A stretch of 64,000 bases of DNA, from NCBI RefSeq assembly GCF_009914755.1, contig NC_060946.1; one strand, given 5' to 3'. Shown here in pieces: positions 10,201-24,600 of this stretch; the stretch's first letter is position 1; each line of letters begins with the position of its first letter. Below the pieces are notes generated by a model, which did not search any database, was not told the DNA's origin, and saw only the letters and a list, made by a program, of their open reading frames with translations. The stretch is from the human T2T-CHM13v2.0 reference genome, Homo sapiens. Both the position numbers and the translations under genes were made by a program.

Positions 10201-13200
10201 TGTCAATAGAAAGGTTCAACTCTGTTAGCTGCGTGCATATATCCCAAAGAAGATTCTGAGATTGCTTCTGTCTAGTTTTTATGGGAAGATATTTCCCTTT
10301 TCACCGTAGGCGTCAAGGCGCTCCAAATGTCCACTTCCAGATACTACAAAAAGAGTGTTTCAAACCTACTCTGTGAAAGGGAATATTCAACTCTGTGACT
10401 TGAATGCACATATCACAAAGAAGTTTCTGAGAATGCTTCTGTCGAGATTTTATATGAAGATATTCCCGTTTCCAACGAAATCCTGAAATCTATCCAAATA
10501 TCCCCTCGCAGATTCTACAAAAAGAGTGTTTCAAAACTGCTCTGTAAAAAGAAAGGTTCAACTCTGTTACTTGAGTACACACATCACAAACAAGTTTCAC
10601 AGAATGCTTCTTTCTAGCTTGTAGGGGAAGATATTCCCTTTATCACCATGGTCTTCAAACCGTCCGAAACGTCCACTTCCATATACTACAAAAAGAGTGT
10701 TTCAAACCTGCTCTATGAAAGGCAATGTTCAACTCTGTGACTTGAATGCAGACATCACAGAGCAGTTTCTGAGAATGCTTCTGTCTAGATTTTATAGGAA
10801 GATATTCCCGTTTCCAACGAAATCTTCACAGCTATCCAAATATCCACTTGCAGATTCTACAAAAAGAGTGTATCAAAACTGCTCTGTCAAAAGGAAGGTT
10901 CTTCTCTGTTAGGTGAGTGCATACGTCATAAAGGAGTTTCTGAGAATGTTTCTGTCTAGTGGTTATGGGAAGATATTTGCTTTTTCCCCGTAGACCTCAG
11001 AGCGCTCCAAATGTCCACTTGCACATGCTACAAAAAGAGTGCTTCAAAGCTGCTCTCTGAAAGGGAATGTTCAACTCTATGAGTTGAATGTAAACATCAC
11101 AAAGACGTTTCTGAGAATGCTTCTGTCTAGATTTGATATGAAGATATTCCCGTTTCCAACGAAATCTTCAAATCTATCCAAATGTCCACTTGCAGATTCA
11201 ACAAAAAGTGTTTTTCAAAACTGCTGTATCAAAAGAAAGATCCACGTCTGTTAGCTGAGTTCACACATCACAAACAAGTTTATGAGAATGCTTCTGTCTA
11301 GTTTTTATTTGAAGATATTTCCTTTCTCACCATAGACCTGAAAGCTGTCCTAATGTTCACTTCCAGATACTACAGAAAGAGTGTTTCAAAACTGCTGTAC
11401 GAAAGGGAATGTTCAACTCTGTGACTTGAATGCACACATCACAAAGAAGTTTCTGAGGATGCTGCTGTCTACTTTTTATACGTAATCCCGTTTCCAACGA
11501 AATCCTCCAAGCTATCCAAATATCCACTTGCAGATTCCACAGAAAGACTGTTTCAAAACTGCTCTGTCAATAGAAAGGTTCAACTCTGTTAGCTGCGTGC
11601 ATATATCCCAAAGAAGATTTTGAGATTGCTTCTGTCTAGTTTTTATGGGAAGATATTTCCCTTTTCACCGTAGGTGTCAAGGCTCTCCAAATGTCCACTT
11701 CCAGACACTACAAAAAGAGTGTTTCAAACCTACTCTGTGAAAGGGAATATTCAACTCTGTGACTTTAATGCACATATCACAAAGAAGTTTCTGAGAATGC
11801 TTCTGTCGAGATTTTATATGAAGATATTCCCGTTTCCAAAGAAATCCTGAAATCTATCCAAATATCCCCTCGCAGATTCTACAAAAAGAGTGTTTCAAAA
11901 CTGCTCTGTAAAAAGAAAGGTTCAACTCTGTTAGTTGAGTACACACATCACAAACAAGTTTCACAGAATGCTTCTTTCTAGCTTGTAGGGGAAGATATTC
12001 CCTTTATCACCATGGGCCTCCAACCGTCCGAAACGTCCACTTCCATATACTACAAAAAGAGCGTTTCAAACCTGCTCTAGGAAAGGCAATGTTCAACTCT
12101 GTGACTTGAATGCAGACATCACAGAGCAGTTTCTGAGAATGCTTCTGTCTAGATTTTATAGGAAGATATTCCCGTTTCCAACGAAATCTTCACAGCTATC
12201 CAAATATCCACTTGCAGATTCTACAAAAAGAGTGTATCAAAACTGCTCTGTCAAAAGGAAGGTTCTTCTCTGTTAGGTGAGTGCATACGTCATAAAGGAG
12301 TTTCTGAGAATGTTTCTGTCTAGTGGTTATGGGAAGATATTTGCTTTTTCACCGTAGGCCTCAGAGCGCTCCAAATATCCACTTGCACATACTACAAAAA
12401 GAGTGCCTCAAAGCTGCTCTTTGAAACGGAATGTTCAACTCTATGAGTTGAATGCAAACATCACAAAGACGTTTCTGAGAATGCTTCTGTCTAGATTTGA
12501 TATGAAGATATTCCCGTTTCCAACGAAATCTTCAAATCTATCCAAATGTCCACTTGCAGATTCAACAAAAAGTGTTTTTCAGAACTGCTCTATCAAAAGA
12601 AAGATCCACCTCTGTTAGCTGAGTTCACACATCACAAACAAGTTTATGAGAATGCTTCTGTCTAGTTTTTATTTGAAGATATTTCCTTTCTCACCATAGA
12701 CCTGAAAGCTGTCCTAATGTTCACTTCCAGATACTACAGAAAGAGTGTTTCAAAACTGCTGTACGAAAGGGAATGTTCAACACTGTGACTTGAATGCACA
12801 CATCACAAAGAAGTTTCTGAGGATGCTGCTGTCTACTTTTTATACGTAATCCCGTTTCCAACGAAATCCTCCAAGCTATCCAAATATCCACTTGCAGATT
12901 CCACAGAAAGACTGTTTCAAAACTGCTCTGTCAATAGAAAGGTTCAACTCTGTTAGCTGCGTGCATATATCCCAAAGAAGATTCTGAGATTGCTTCTGTC
13001 TAGTTTTTATGGGAAGATATTTCCCTTTTCACCGTAGGCGTCAAGGCGCTCCAAATGTCCACTTCCAGATACTACAAAAAGAGTGTTTCAAACCTACTCT
13101 GTGAAAGGGAATATTCAACTCTGTGACTTGAATGCAGATATCACAAAGAAGTTTCTGAGAATGCTTCTGTCGAGATTTTATATGAAGATATTCCCGTTTC

Positions 13201-16200
13201 CAACGAAATCCTGAAATCTATCCAAATATCCCCTCGCAGATTCTACAAAAAGAGTGTTTGAAAACTGTTCTGTAAAAAGAAAGGTTCAACTCTGTTAGTT
13301 GAGTACACACATCACAAACAAGTATCACAGAATGCTTCTTTCTAGCTTGTAGGGAAAGATATTCCCTTTATCACCATGGGCCTCAAACCGTCCGAAACGT
13401 CCACTTCCATATACTTCAAAAAGAGCGTTTCAAACCTGCTCTATGAAAGGCAATGTTCAACTCTGTGACTTGAATGCAGACATCACAGAGTTGTTTCTGA
13501 GAATGCTTCTGTCTAGATTTTATAGGATGATATTCCCGTTTCCAACGAAATCTTCACAGCTATCCAAATATCCACTTGCAGATTCTACAAAAAGAGTGTA
13601 TCCAAACTGCTCTGGCAAAAGGAAGGTTCTTCTCTGTTAGGTGAGTGCATACGTCATAAAGGAGTTTCTGAGAATGTTTCTGTCTAGTGGTTATGGGAAG
13701 ATATTTGCTTTTTCACCGTAGGCCTCAGAGCGCTCCAAATATCCACTTGCACATACTACAAAAAGAGTGCCTCAAAGCTGCTCTCTGAAATGGAATGTTC
13801 AACTCTATGAGTTGAATGCAAACATCACAAAGACGTTTCTGAGAATGCTTCTGTCTAGATTTGATATGAAGATATTCCCGTTTCCAACGAAATCTTCAAA
13901 TCTATCCAAATGTCCACTTGCAGATTCAACAAAAAGTGTTTTTCAGAACTGCTCTATCAAAAGAAAGATCCACCTCTGTTAGCTGAGTTCACACATCCAA
14001 ACAAGTTTATGAGAATGCTTCTGTCTAGTTTTTATTTGAAGATATTTCCTTTCTCACCATAGACCTGAAAGCTGTCCTAATGTTCACTTCCAGATACCAC
14101 AGAAAGAGTGTTTAAAAACTGCTGTACGAAAGGGAATGTTCAACTCTGTGACTTGAATGCACACATCACAAAGAAGTTTCTGAGGATGCTGCTTTCTACT
14201 TTTTATACGTAATCCCGTTTCCAACGAAATCCTCCAAGCTATCCAAATATCCACTTGCAGATTCCACAGAAAGACTGTTTCAAAACTGCTCTGTCAATAG
14301 AAAGGTTCAACTCTGTTAGCTGCGTGCATATATCCCAAAGAAGATTCTGAGATTGCTTCTGTCTAGTTTTTATGGGAAGATATATCCCTTTTCACCGTAG
14401 GTGTCAAGGCGCTCCAAATGTCCACTTCCAGATACTACAAAAAGAGTGTTTCAAACCTACTCTGTGAAAGGGAATATTCAACTCTGTGACTTTAATGCAC
14501 ATATCACAAAGAAGTTTCTGAGAATGCTTCTGTCGAGATTTTATATGAAGATATTCCCGTTTCCAAAGAAATCCTGAAATCTATCCAAATATCCCCTCGC
14601 AGATTCTACAAAAAGAGTGTTTCAAAACTGCTCTGTAAAAAGAAAGGTTCAACTCTGTTAGTTGAGTACACACATCACAAACAAGTTTCACAGAATGCTT
14701 CTTTCTAGCTTGTAGGGGAAGATATTCCCTTTATCACCATGGGCCTCCAACCGTCCGAAACGTCCACTTCCATATACTACAAAAAGAGCGTTTCAAACCT
14801 GCTCTATGAAACGCAATGTTCAACTCTGTGACTTGAATGCAGACATCACAGAGCAGTTTCTGAGAATGCTTCTGTCTAGATTTTATAGGAAGATATTCCC
14901 GTTTCCAACGAAATCTTCACAGCTATCCAAATATCCACTTGCAGATTCTACAAAAAGAGTGTATCAAAACTGCTCTGTCAAAAGGAAGGTTCTTCTCTGT
15001 TAGGTGAGTGCATACGTCATAAAGGAGTTTCTGAGAATGTTTCTGTCTAGTGGTTATGGGAAGATATTTGCTTTTTCACCGTAGGCCTCAGAGCGCTCCA
15101 AATATCCACTTGCACATACTACAAAAAGAGTGCCTCAAAGCTGCTCTTTGAAACGGAATGTTCAACTCTATGAGTTGAATGCAAACATCACAAAGACGTT
15201 TCTGAGAATGCTTCTGTCTAGATTTGATATGAAGATATTCCCGTTTCCAACGAAATCTTCAAATCTATCCAAATGTCCACTTGCAGATTCAACAAAAAGT
15301 GTTTTTCAGAACTGCTCTATCAAAAGAAAGATCCACCTCTGTTAGCTGAGTTCACACATCACAAACAAGTTTATGAGAATGCTTCTGTCTAGTTTTTATT
15401 TGAAGATATTTCCTTTCTCACCATAGACCTGAAAGCTGTCCTAATGTTCACTTCCAGATACTACAGAAAGAGTGTTTCAAAACTGCTGTACGAAAGGGAA
15501 TGTTCAACTCTGTGACTTGAATGCACACATCACAAAGAAGTTTCTGAGGATGCTGCTGTCTACTTTTTATACGTAATCCCGTTTCCAAGGAAATCCTCCA
15601 AGCTATCCAAATATCCACTTGCAGATTCCACAGAAAGACTGTTTCAAAACTGCTCTGTCAATAGAAAGGTTCAACTCTGTTAGCTGCGTGCATATATCCC
15701 AAAGAAGATTCTGAGATTGCTTCTGTCTAGTTTTTATGGGAAGATATTTCCCTTTTCACCGTAGGCGTCAAGGCGCTCCAAATGTCCACTTCCAGATACT
15801 ACAAAAAGAGTGTTTCAAACCTACTCTGTGAAAGGGAATATTCAACTCTGTGACTTAAATGCAGATATCACAAAGAAGTTTCTGAGAATGCTTCTGTCGA
15901 GATTTTATATGAAGATATTCCCGTTTCCAAAGAAATCCTGAAATCTATCCAAATATCCCCTCGCAGATTCTACAAAAAGAGTGTTTCAAAACTGCTCTGT
16001 AAAAAGAAAGGTTCAACTCTGTTAGTTGAGTACACACATCACAAACAAGTTTCACAGAATGCTTCTTTCTAGCTTGTAGGGGAAGATATTCCCTTTATCA
16101 CCATGGGCCTCCAACCGTCCGAAACATCCACTTCCATATACTACAAAAAGAGCGTTTCAAACCTGCTCTATGAAAGGCAATGTTCAACTCTGTGACTTGA

Positions 16201-17299
16201 ATGCAGACATCACAGAGCAGTTTCTGAGAATGCTTCTGTCTAGATTTTATAGGAAGATATTCCCGTTTCCAACGAAATCTTCACAGCTATCCAAATATCC
16301 ACTTGCAGATTCTACAAAAAGAGTGTATCAAAACTGCTCTGTCAAAAGGAAGGTTCTTCTCTGTTAGGTGAGTGCATACGTCATAAAGGAGTTTCTGAGA
16401 ATGTTTCTGTCTAGTGGTTATGGGAAGATATTTGCTTTTTCACCGTAGGCCTCAGAGCGCTCCAAATATCCACTTGCACATACTACAAAAAGAGTGCCTC
16501 AAAGCTGCTCTCTGAAACGGAATGTTCAACTCTATGAGTTGAATGCAAACATCACAAAGACGTTTCTGAGAATGCTTCTGTCTAGATTTGATATGAAGAT
16601 ATTCCCGTTTCCAACGAAATCTTCAAATCTATCCAAATGTCCACTTGCAGATTCAACAAAAAGTGTTTTTCAGAACTGCTCTATCAAAAGAAAGATCCAC
16701 CTCTGTTAGCTGAGTTCACACATCACAAACAAGTTTATGAGAATGCTTCTGTCTAGTTTTTCTTTGAAGATATTTCCTTTCTCACCATAGACCTGAAAGC
16801 TGTCCTAATGTTCACTTCCAGATACTACAGAAAGAGTGTTTCAAAACTGCTGTACGAAAGGGAATGTTCAACTCTGTGACTTGAATGCACACATCACAAA
16901 GAAGTTTCTGAGGATGCTGCTGTCTACTTTTTATACGTAATCCCGTTTCCAACGAAATCCTCCAAGCTATCCAAATATCCACTTGCAGATTCCACAGAAA
17001 GACTGTTTCAAAACTGCTCTGTCAATAGAAAGGTTCAACTCTGTTAGCTGCGTGCATATATCCCAAAGAAGATTTTGAGATTGCTTCTGTCTAGTTTTTA
17101 TGGGAAGATATTTCCCTTTTCACCGTAGGTGTCAAGGCTCTCCAAATGTCCACTTCCAGATACTACAAAAAGAGTGTTTCAAACCTACTCTGTGAAAGGG
17201 AATATTCAACTCTGTGACTTTAATGCACATATCACAAAGAAGTTTCTGAGAATGCTTCTGTCGAGATTTTATATGAAGATATTCCCGTTTCCAAAGAAA

Positions 17300-20200
17300 T
17301 CCTGAAATCTATCCAAATATCCCCTCGCAGATTCTACAAAAAGAGTGTTTCAAAACTGCTCTGTAAAAAGAAAGGTTCAACTCTGTTAGTTGAGTACACA
17401 CATCACAAACAAGTTTCACAGAATGCTTCTTTCTAGCTTGTAGGGGAAGATATTCCCTTTATCACCATGGGCCTCCAACCGTCCGAAACGTCCACTTCCA
17501 TATACTACAAAAAGAGCGTTTCAAACCTGCTCTATGAAACGCAATGTTCAACTCTGTGACTTGAATGCAGACATCACAGAGCAGTTTCTGAGAATGCTTC
17601 TGTCTAGATTTTATAGGAAGATATTCCCGTTTCCAACGAAATCTTCACAGCTATCCAAATATCCACTTGCAGATTCTACAAAAAGAGTGTATCAAAACTG
17701 CTCTGTCAAAAGGAAGGTTCTTCTCTGTTAGGTGAGTGCATACGTCATAAAGGAGTTTCTGAGAATGTTTCTGTCTAGTGGTTATGGGAAGATATTTGCT
17801 TTTTCACCGTAGGCCTCAGAGCGCTCCAAATATCCACTTGCACATACTACAAAAAGAGTGCCTCAAAGCTGCTCTCTGAAACGGAATGTTCAACTCTATG
17901 AGTTGAATGCAAACATCACAAAGACGTTTCTGAGAATGCTTCTGTCTAGATTTGATATGAAGATATTCCCGTTTCCAACGAAATCTTCAAATCTATCCAA
18001 ATGTCCACTTGCAGATTCAACAAAAAGTGTTTTTCAGAACTGCTCTATCAAAAGAAAGATCCACCTCTGTTAGCTGAGTTCACACATCACAAACAAGTTT
18101 ATGAGAATGCTTCTGTCTAGTTTTTATTTGAAGATATTTCCTTTCTCACCATAGACCTGAAAGCTGTCCTAATGTTCACTTCCAGATACTACAGAAAGAG
18201 TGTTTCAAAACTGCTGTATGAAAGGGAATGTTCAACTCTGTGACTTGTATGCACACATCACAAAGAAGTTTCTGAGGATGCTGCTGTCTACTTTTTATAT
18301 GTAATCCCGTTTCCAACGAAATCCTCCAAGCTATCCAAATATCCACTTGCAGATTCCACAGAAAGACTGTTTCAAAACTGCTCTGTCAATAGAAAGGTTC
18401 AACTCTGTTAGCTGCGTGCATATATCCCAAAGAAGATTCTGAGATTGCTTCTGTCTAGTTTTTATGGGAAGATATTTCCCTTTTCACCGTAGGCGTCAAG
18501 GCGCTCCAAATGTCCACTTCCAGATACTACAAAAAGAGTGTTTCAAACCTACTCTGTGAAAGGGAATATTCAACTCTGTGACTTGAATGCACATATCACA
18601 AAGAAGTTTCTGAGAATGCTTCTGTCGAGATTTTATATGAAGATATTCCCGTTTCCAACGAAATCCTGAAATCTATCCAAATATCCCCTCGTAGATTCTA
18701 CAAAAAGAGTGTTTCAAAACTGCTCTGTAAAAAGAAAGGTTCAACTCTGTTACTTGAGTACACACATCACAAACAAGTTTCACAGAATGCTTCTTTCTAG
18801 CTTGTAGGGGAAGATATTCCCTTTATCACCATGGTCTTCAAACCGTACGAAACGTCCACTTCCATATACTACAAAAAGAGTGTTTCAAACCTGCTCTATG
18901 AAAGGCAATGTTCAACTCTGTGACTTGAATGCAGACATCACAGAGCAGTTTCTGAGAATGCTTCTGTCTAGATTTTATAGGAAGATATTCCCGTTTCCAA
19001 CGAAATCTTCACAGCTATCCAAATATCCACTTGCAGATTCTACAAAAAGAGTGTATCAAAACTGCTCTGTCAAAAGGAAGGTTCTTCTCTGTTAGGTGAG
19101 TGCATACGTCATAAAGGAGTTTCTGAGAATGTTTCTGTCTAGTGGTTATGGGAAGATATTTGCTTTTTCCCCGTAGACCTCAGAGCGCTCCAAATGTCCA
19201 CTTGCACATGCTACAAAAAGAGTGCTTCAAAGCTGCTCTCTGAAAGGGAATGTTCAACTCTATGAGTTGAATGTAAACATCACAAAGACGTTTCTGAGAA
19301 TGCTTCTGTCTAGATTTGATATGAAGATATTCCCGTTTCCAACGAAATCTTCAAATCTATCCAAATGTCCACTTGCAGATTCAACAAAAAGTGTTTTTCA
19401 AAACTGCTGTATCAAAAGAAAGATCCACGTCTGTTAGCTGAGTTCACACATCACAAACAAGTTTATGAGAATGCTTCTGTCTAGTTTTTATTTGAAGATA
19501 TTTCCTTTCTCACCATAGACCTGAAAGCTGTCCTAATGTTCACTTCCAGATACTACAGAAAGAGTGTTTCAAAACTGCTGTACGAAAGGGAATGTTCAAC
19601 TCTGTGACTTGAATGCACACATCACAAAGAAGTTTCTGAGGATGCTGCTGTCTACTTTTTATACGTAATCCCGTTTCCAACGAAATCCTCCAAGCTATCC
19701 AAATATCCACTTGCAGATTCCACAGAAAGACTGTTTCAAAACTGCTCTGTCAATAGAAAGGTTCAACTCTGTTAGCTGCGTGCATATATCCCAAAGAAGA
19801 TTTTGAGATTGCTTCTGTCTAGTTTTTATGGGAAGATATTTCCCTTTTCACCGTAGGTGTCAAGGCTCTCCAAATGTCCACTTCCAGATACTACAAAAAG
19901 AGTGTTTCAAACCTACTCTGTGAAAGGGAATATTCAACTCTGTGACTTTAATGCACATATCACAAAGAAGTTTCTGAGAATGCTTCTGTCGAGATTTTAT
20001 ATGAAGATATTCCCGTTTCCAAAGAAATCCTGAAATCTATCCAAATATCCCCTCGCAGATTCTACAAAAAGAGTGTTTCAAAACTGCTCTGTAAAAAGAA
20101 AGGTTCAACTCTGTTAGTTGAGTACACACATCACAAACAAGTTTCACAGAATGCTTCTTTCTAGCTTGTAGGGGAAGATATTCCCTTTATCACCATAGGC

Positions 20201-23200
20201 CTCCAACCGTCCGAAACGTCCACTTCCATATACTACAAAAAGAGCGTTTCAAACCTGCTCTAGGAAAGGCAATGTTCAACTCTGTGACTTGAATGCAGAC
20301 ATCACAGAGCAGTTTCTGAGAATGCTTCTGTCTAGATTTTATAGGAAGATATTCCCGTTTCCAACGAAATCTTCACAGCTATCCAAATATCCACTTGCAG
20401 ATTCTACAAAAAGAGTGTATCAAAACTGCTCTGTCAAAAGGAAGGTTCTTCTCTGTTAGGTGAGTGCATACGTCATAAAGGAGTTTCTGAGAATGTTTCT
20501 GTCTAGTGGTTATGGGAAGATATTTGCTTTTTCACCATAGGCCTCAGAGCGCTCCAAATATCCACTTGCACATACTACAAAAAGAGTGCCTCAAAGCTGC
20601 TCTTTGAAACGGAATGTTCAACTCTATGAGTTGAATGCAAACATCACAAAGACGTTTCTGAGAATGCTTCTGTCTAGATTTGATATGAAGATATTCCCGT
20701 TTCCAACGAAATCTTCAAATCTATCCAAATGTCCACTTGCAGATTCAACAAAAAGTGTTTTTCAGAACTGCTCTATCAAAAGAAAGATCCACCTCTGTTA
20801 GCTGAGTTCACACATCACAAACAAGTTTATGAGAATGCTTCTGTCTAGTTTTTATTTGAAGATATTTCCTTTCTCACCATAGACCTGAAAGCTGTCCTAA
20901 TGTTCACTTCCAGATACTACAGAAAGAGTGTTTCAAAACTGCTGTACGAAAGGGAATGTTCAACTCTGTGACTTGAATGCACACATCACAAAGAAGCTTC
21001 TGAGGATGCTGCTGTCTACTTTTTATACGTAATCCCGTTTCCAACGAAATCCTCCAAGCTATCCAAATATCCACTTGCAGATTCCACAGAAAGACTGTTT
21101 CAAAACTGCTCTGTCAATAGAAAGGTTCAACTCTGTTAGCTGCGTGCATATATCCCAAAGAAGATTCTGAGATTGCTTCTGTCTAGTTTTTATGGGAAGA
21201 TATTTCCCTTTTCACCGTAGGCGTCAAGGCGCTCCAAATGTCCACTTCCAGATACTACAAAAAGAGTGTTTCAAACCTACTCTGTGAAAGGGAATATTCA
21301 ACTCTGTGACTTGAATGCACATATCACAAAGAAGTTTCTGAGAATGCTTCTGTCGAGATTTTATATGAAGATATTCCCGTTTCCAACGAAATCCTGAAAT
21401 CTATCCAAATATCCCCTCGCAGATTCTACAAAAAGAGTGTTTCAAAACTGTTCTGTAAAAAGAAAGGTTCAACTCTGTTAGTTGAGTACACACATCACAA
21501 ACAAGTATCACAGAATGCTTCTTTCTAGCTTGTAGGGAAAGATATTCCCTTTATCACCATGGGCCTCAAACCGTCCGAAACGTCCGCTTCCATATACTTC
21601 AAAAAGAGCGTTTCAAACCTGCTCTATGAAAGGCAATGGTCAACTCTGTGACTTGAATGCAGACATCACAGAGCTGTTTCTGAGAATGCTTCTGTCTAGA
21701 TTTTATAGGATGATATTCCCGTTTCCAACGAAATCTTCACAGCTATCCAAATATCCACTTGCAGATTCTACAAAAAGAGTGTATCCAAACTGCTCTGGCA
21801 AAAGGAAGGTTCTTCTCTGTTAGGTGAGTGCATACGTCATAAAGGAGTTTCTGAGAATGTTTCTGTCTAGTGGTTATGGGAAGATATTTGCTTTTTCACC
21901 GTAGGCCTCAGAGCGCTCCAAATATCCACTTGCACATACTACAAAAAGAGTGCCTCAAAACTGCTCTCTGAAATGGAATGTTCAACTCTATGAGTTGAAT
22001 GCAAACATCACAAAGACGTTTCTGAGAATGCTTCTGTCTAGATTTGATATGAAGATATTCCCGTTTCCAACTAAATCTTCAAATCTATCCAAATGTCCAC
22101 TTGCAGATTCAACAAAAAGTGTTTTTCAGAACTGCTCTATCAAAAGAAAGATCCACCTCTGTTAGCTGAGTTCACACATCCAAACAAGTTTATGAGAATG
22201 CTTCTGTCTAGTTTTTATTTGAAGATATTTCCTTTCTCACCATAGACCTGAAAGCTGTCCTAATGTTCACTTCCAGATACTACAGAAAGAGTGTTTAAAA
22301 ACTGCTGTACGAAAGGGAATGTTCAACTCTGTGACTTGAATGCACACATCACAAAGAAGTTTCTGAGGATGCTGCTGTCTACTTTTTATACGTAATCCCG
22401 TTTCCAACGAAATCCTCCAAGCTATCCAAATATCCACTTGCAGATTCCACAGAAAGACTGTTTCAAAACTGCTCTGTCAATAGAAAGGTTCAACTCTGTT
22501 AGCTGCGTGCATATATCCCAAAGAAGATTCTGAGATTGCTTCTGTCTAGTTTTTATGGGAAGATATTCCCCTTTTCACCGTAGGTGTCAAGGCGCTCCAA
22601 ATGTCCACTTCCAGATACTACAAAAAGAGTGTTTCAAACCTACTCTGTGAAAGGGAATATTCAACTCTGTGACTTTAATGCACATATCACAAAGAAGTTT
22701 CTGAGAATGCTTCTGTCGAGATTTTATATGAAGATATTCCCGTTTCCAAAGAAATCCTGAAATCTATCCAAATATCCCCTCGCAGATTCTACAAAAAGAG
22801 TGTTTCAAAACTGCTCTGTAAAAAGAAAGGTTCAACTCTGTTAGTTGAGTACACACATCACAAACAAGTTTCACAGAATGCTTCTTTCTAGCTTGTAGGG
22901 GAAGATATTCCCTTTATCACCATGGGCCTCCAACCGTCCGAAACGTCCACTTCCATATACTACAAAAAGAGCGTTTCAAACCTGCTCTATGAATGGCAAT
23001 GTTCAACTCTGTGACTTGAATGCAGACATCACAGAGCAGTTTCTGAGAATGCTTCTGTCTAGATTTTATAGGAAGATATTCCCGTTTCCAACGAAATCTT
23101 CACAGCTATCCAAATATCCACTTGCAGATTCTACAAAAAGAGTGTATCAAAACTGCTCTGTCAAAAGGAAGGTTCTTCTCTGTTAGGTGAGTGCATACGT

Positions 23201-24600
23201 CATAAAGGAGTTTCTGAGAATGTTTCTGTCTAGTGGTTATGGGAAGATATTTGCTTTTTCACCGTAGGCCTCAGAGCGCTCCAAATATCCACTTGCACAT
23301 ACTACAAAAAGAGTGCCTCAAAGCTGCTCTTTAAAACGGAATGTTCAACTCTATGAGTTGAATGCAAACATCACAAAGACGTTTCTGAGAATGCTTCTGT
23401 CTAGATTTGATATGAAGATATTCCCGTTTCCAACGAAATCTTCAAATCTATCCAAATGTCCACTTGCAGATTCAACAAAAAGTGTTTTTCAGAACTGCTC
23501 TATCAAAAGAAAGATCCACCTCTGTTAGCTGAGTTCACACATCACAAACAAGTTTATGAGAATGCTTCTGTCTAGTTTTTATTTGAAGATATTTCCTTTC
23601 TCACCATAGACCTGAAAGCTGTCCTAATGTTCACTTCCAGATACTACAGAAAGAGTGTTTCAAAACTGCTGTATGAAAGGGAATGTTCAACTCTGTGACT
23701 TGAATGCACACATCCCAAAGAAGTTTCTGAGGATGCTGCTGTCTACTTTTTATATGTAATCCCGTTTCCAACGAAATCCTCCAAGCTATCCAAATATCCA
23801 CTTGCAGATTCCACAGAAAGACTGTTTCAAAACTGCTCTGTCAATAGAAAGGTTCAACTCTGTTAGCTGCGTGCATATATCCCAAAGAAGATTCTGAGAT
23901 TGCTTCTGTCTAGTTTTTATGGGAAGATATTTCCCTTTTCACCGTAGGCGTCAAGGCGCTCCAAATGTCCACTTCCAGATACTACAAAAAGAGTGTTTCA
24001 AACCTACTCTGTGAAAGGGAATATTCAACTCTGTGACTTGAATGCACATATCACAAAGAAGTTTCTGATAATGCTTCTGTCGAGATTTTATATGAAGATA
24101 TTCCCGTTTCCAAAGAAATCCTGAAATCTATCCAAATATCCCCTCGCAGATTCTACAAAAAGAGTGTTTCAAAACTGCTCTGTAAAAAGAAAGGTTCAAC
24201 TCTGTTAGTTGAGTACACACATCACAAACAAGTTTCACAGAATGCTTCTTTCTAGCTTGTAGGGGAAGATATTCCCTTTATCACCATGGGCCTCCAACCG
24301 TCCGAAACATCCACTTCCATATACTACAAAAAGAGCGTTTCAAACCTGCTCTAGGAAAGGCAATGTTCAACTCTGTGACTTGAATGCAGACATCACAGAG
24401 CAGTTTCTGAGAATGCTTCTGTCTAGATTTTATAGGAAGATATTCCCGTTTCCAACGAAATCTTCACAGCTATCCAAATATCCACTTGCAGATTCTACAA
24501 AAAGAGTGTATCAAAACTGCTCTGTCAAAAGGAAGGTTCTTCTCTGTTAGGTGAGTGCATACGTCATAAAGGAGTTTCTGAGAATGTTTCTGTCTAGTGG
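17300..24600. repeat. Multi-HOR duplicated block, copy 1 (partner at +10910 bp)
   Basis: Seven rare variants recur at a constant 10910-bp offset. Edges are approximate. Confidence 0.85.
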
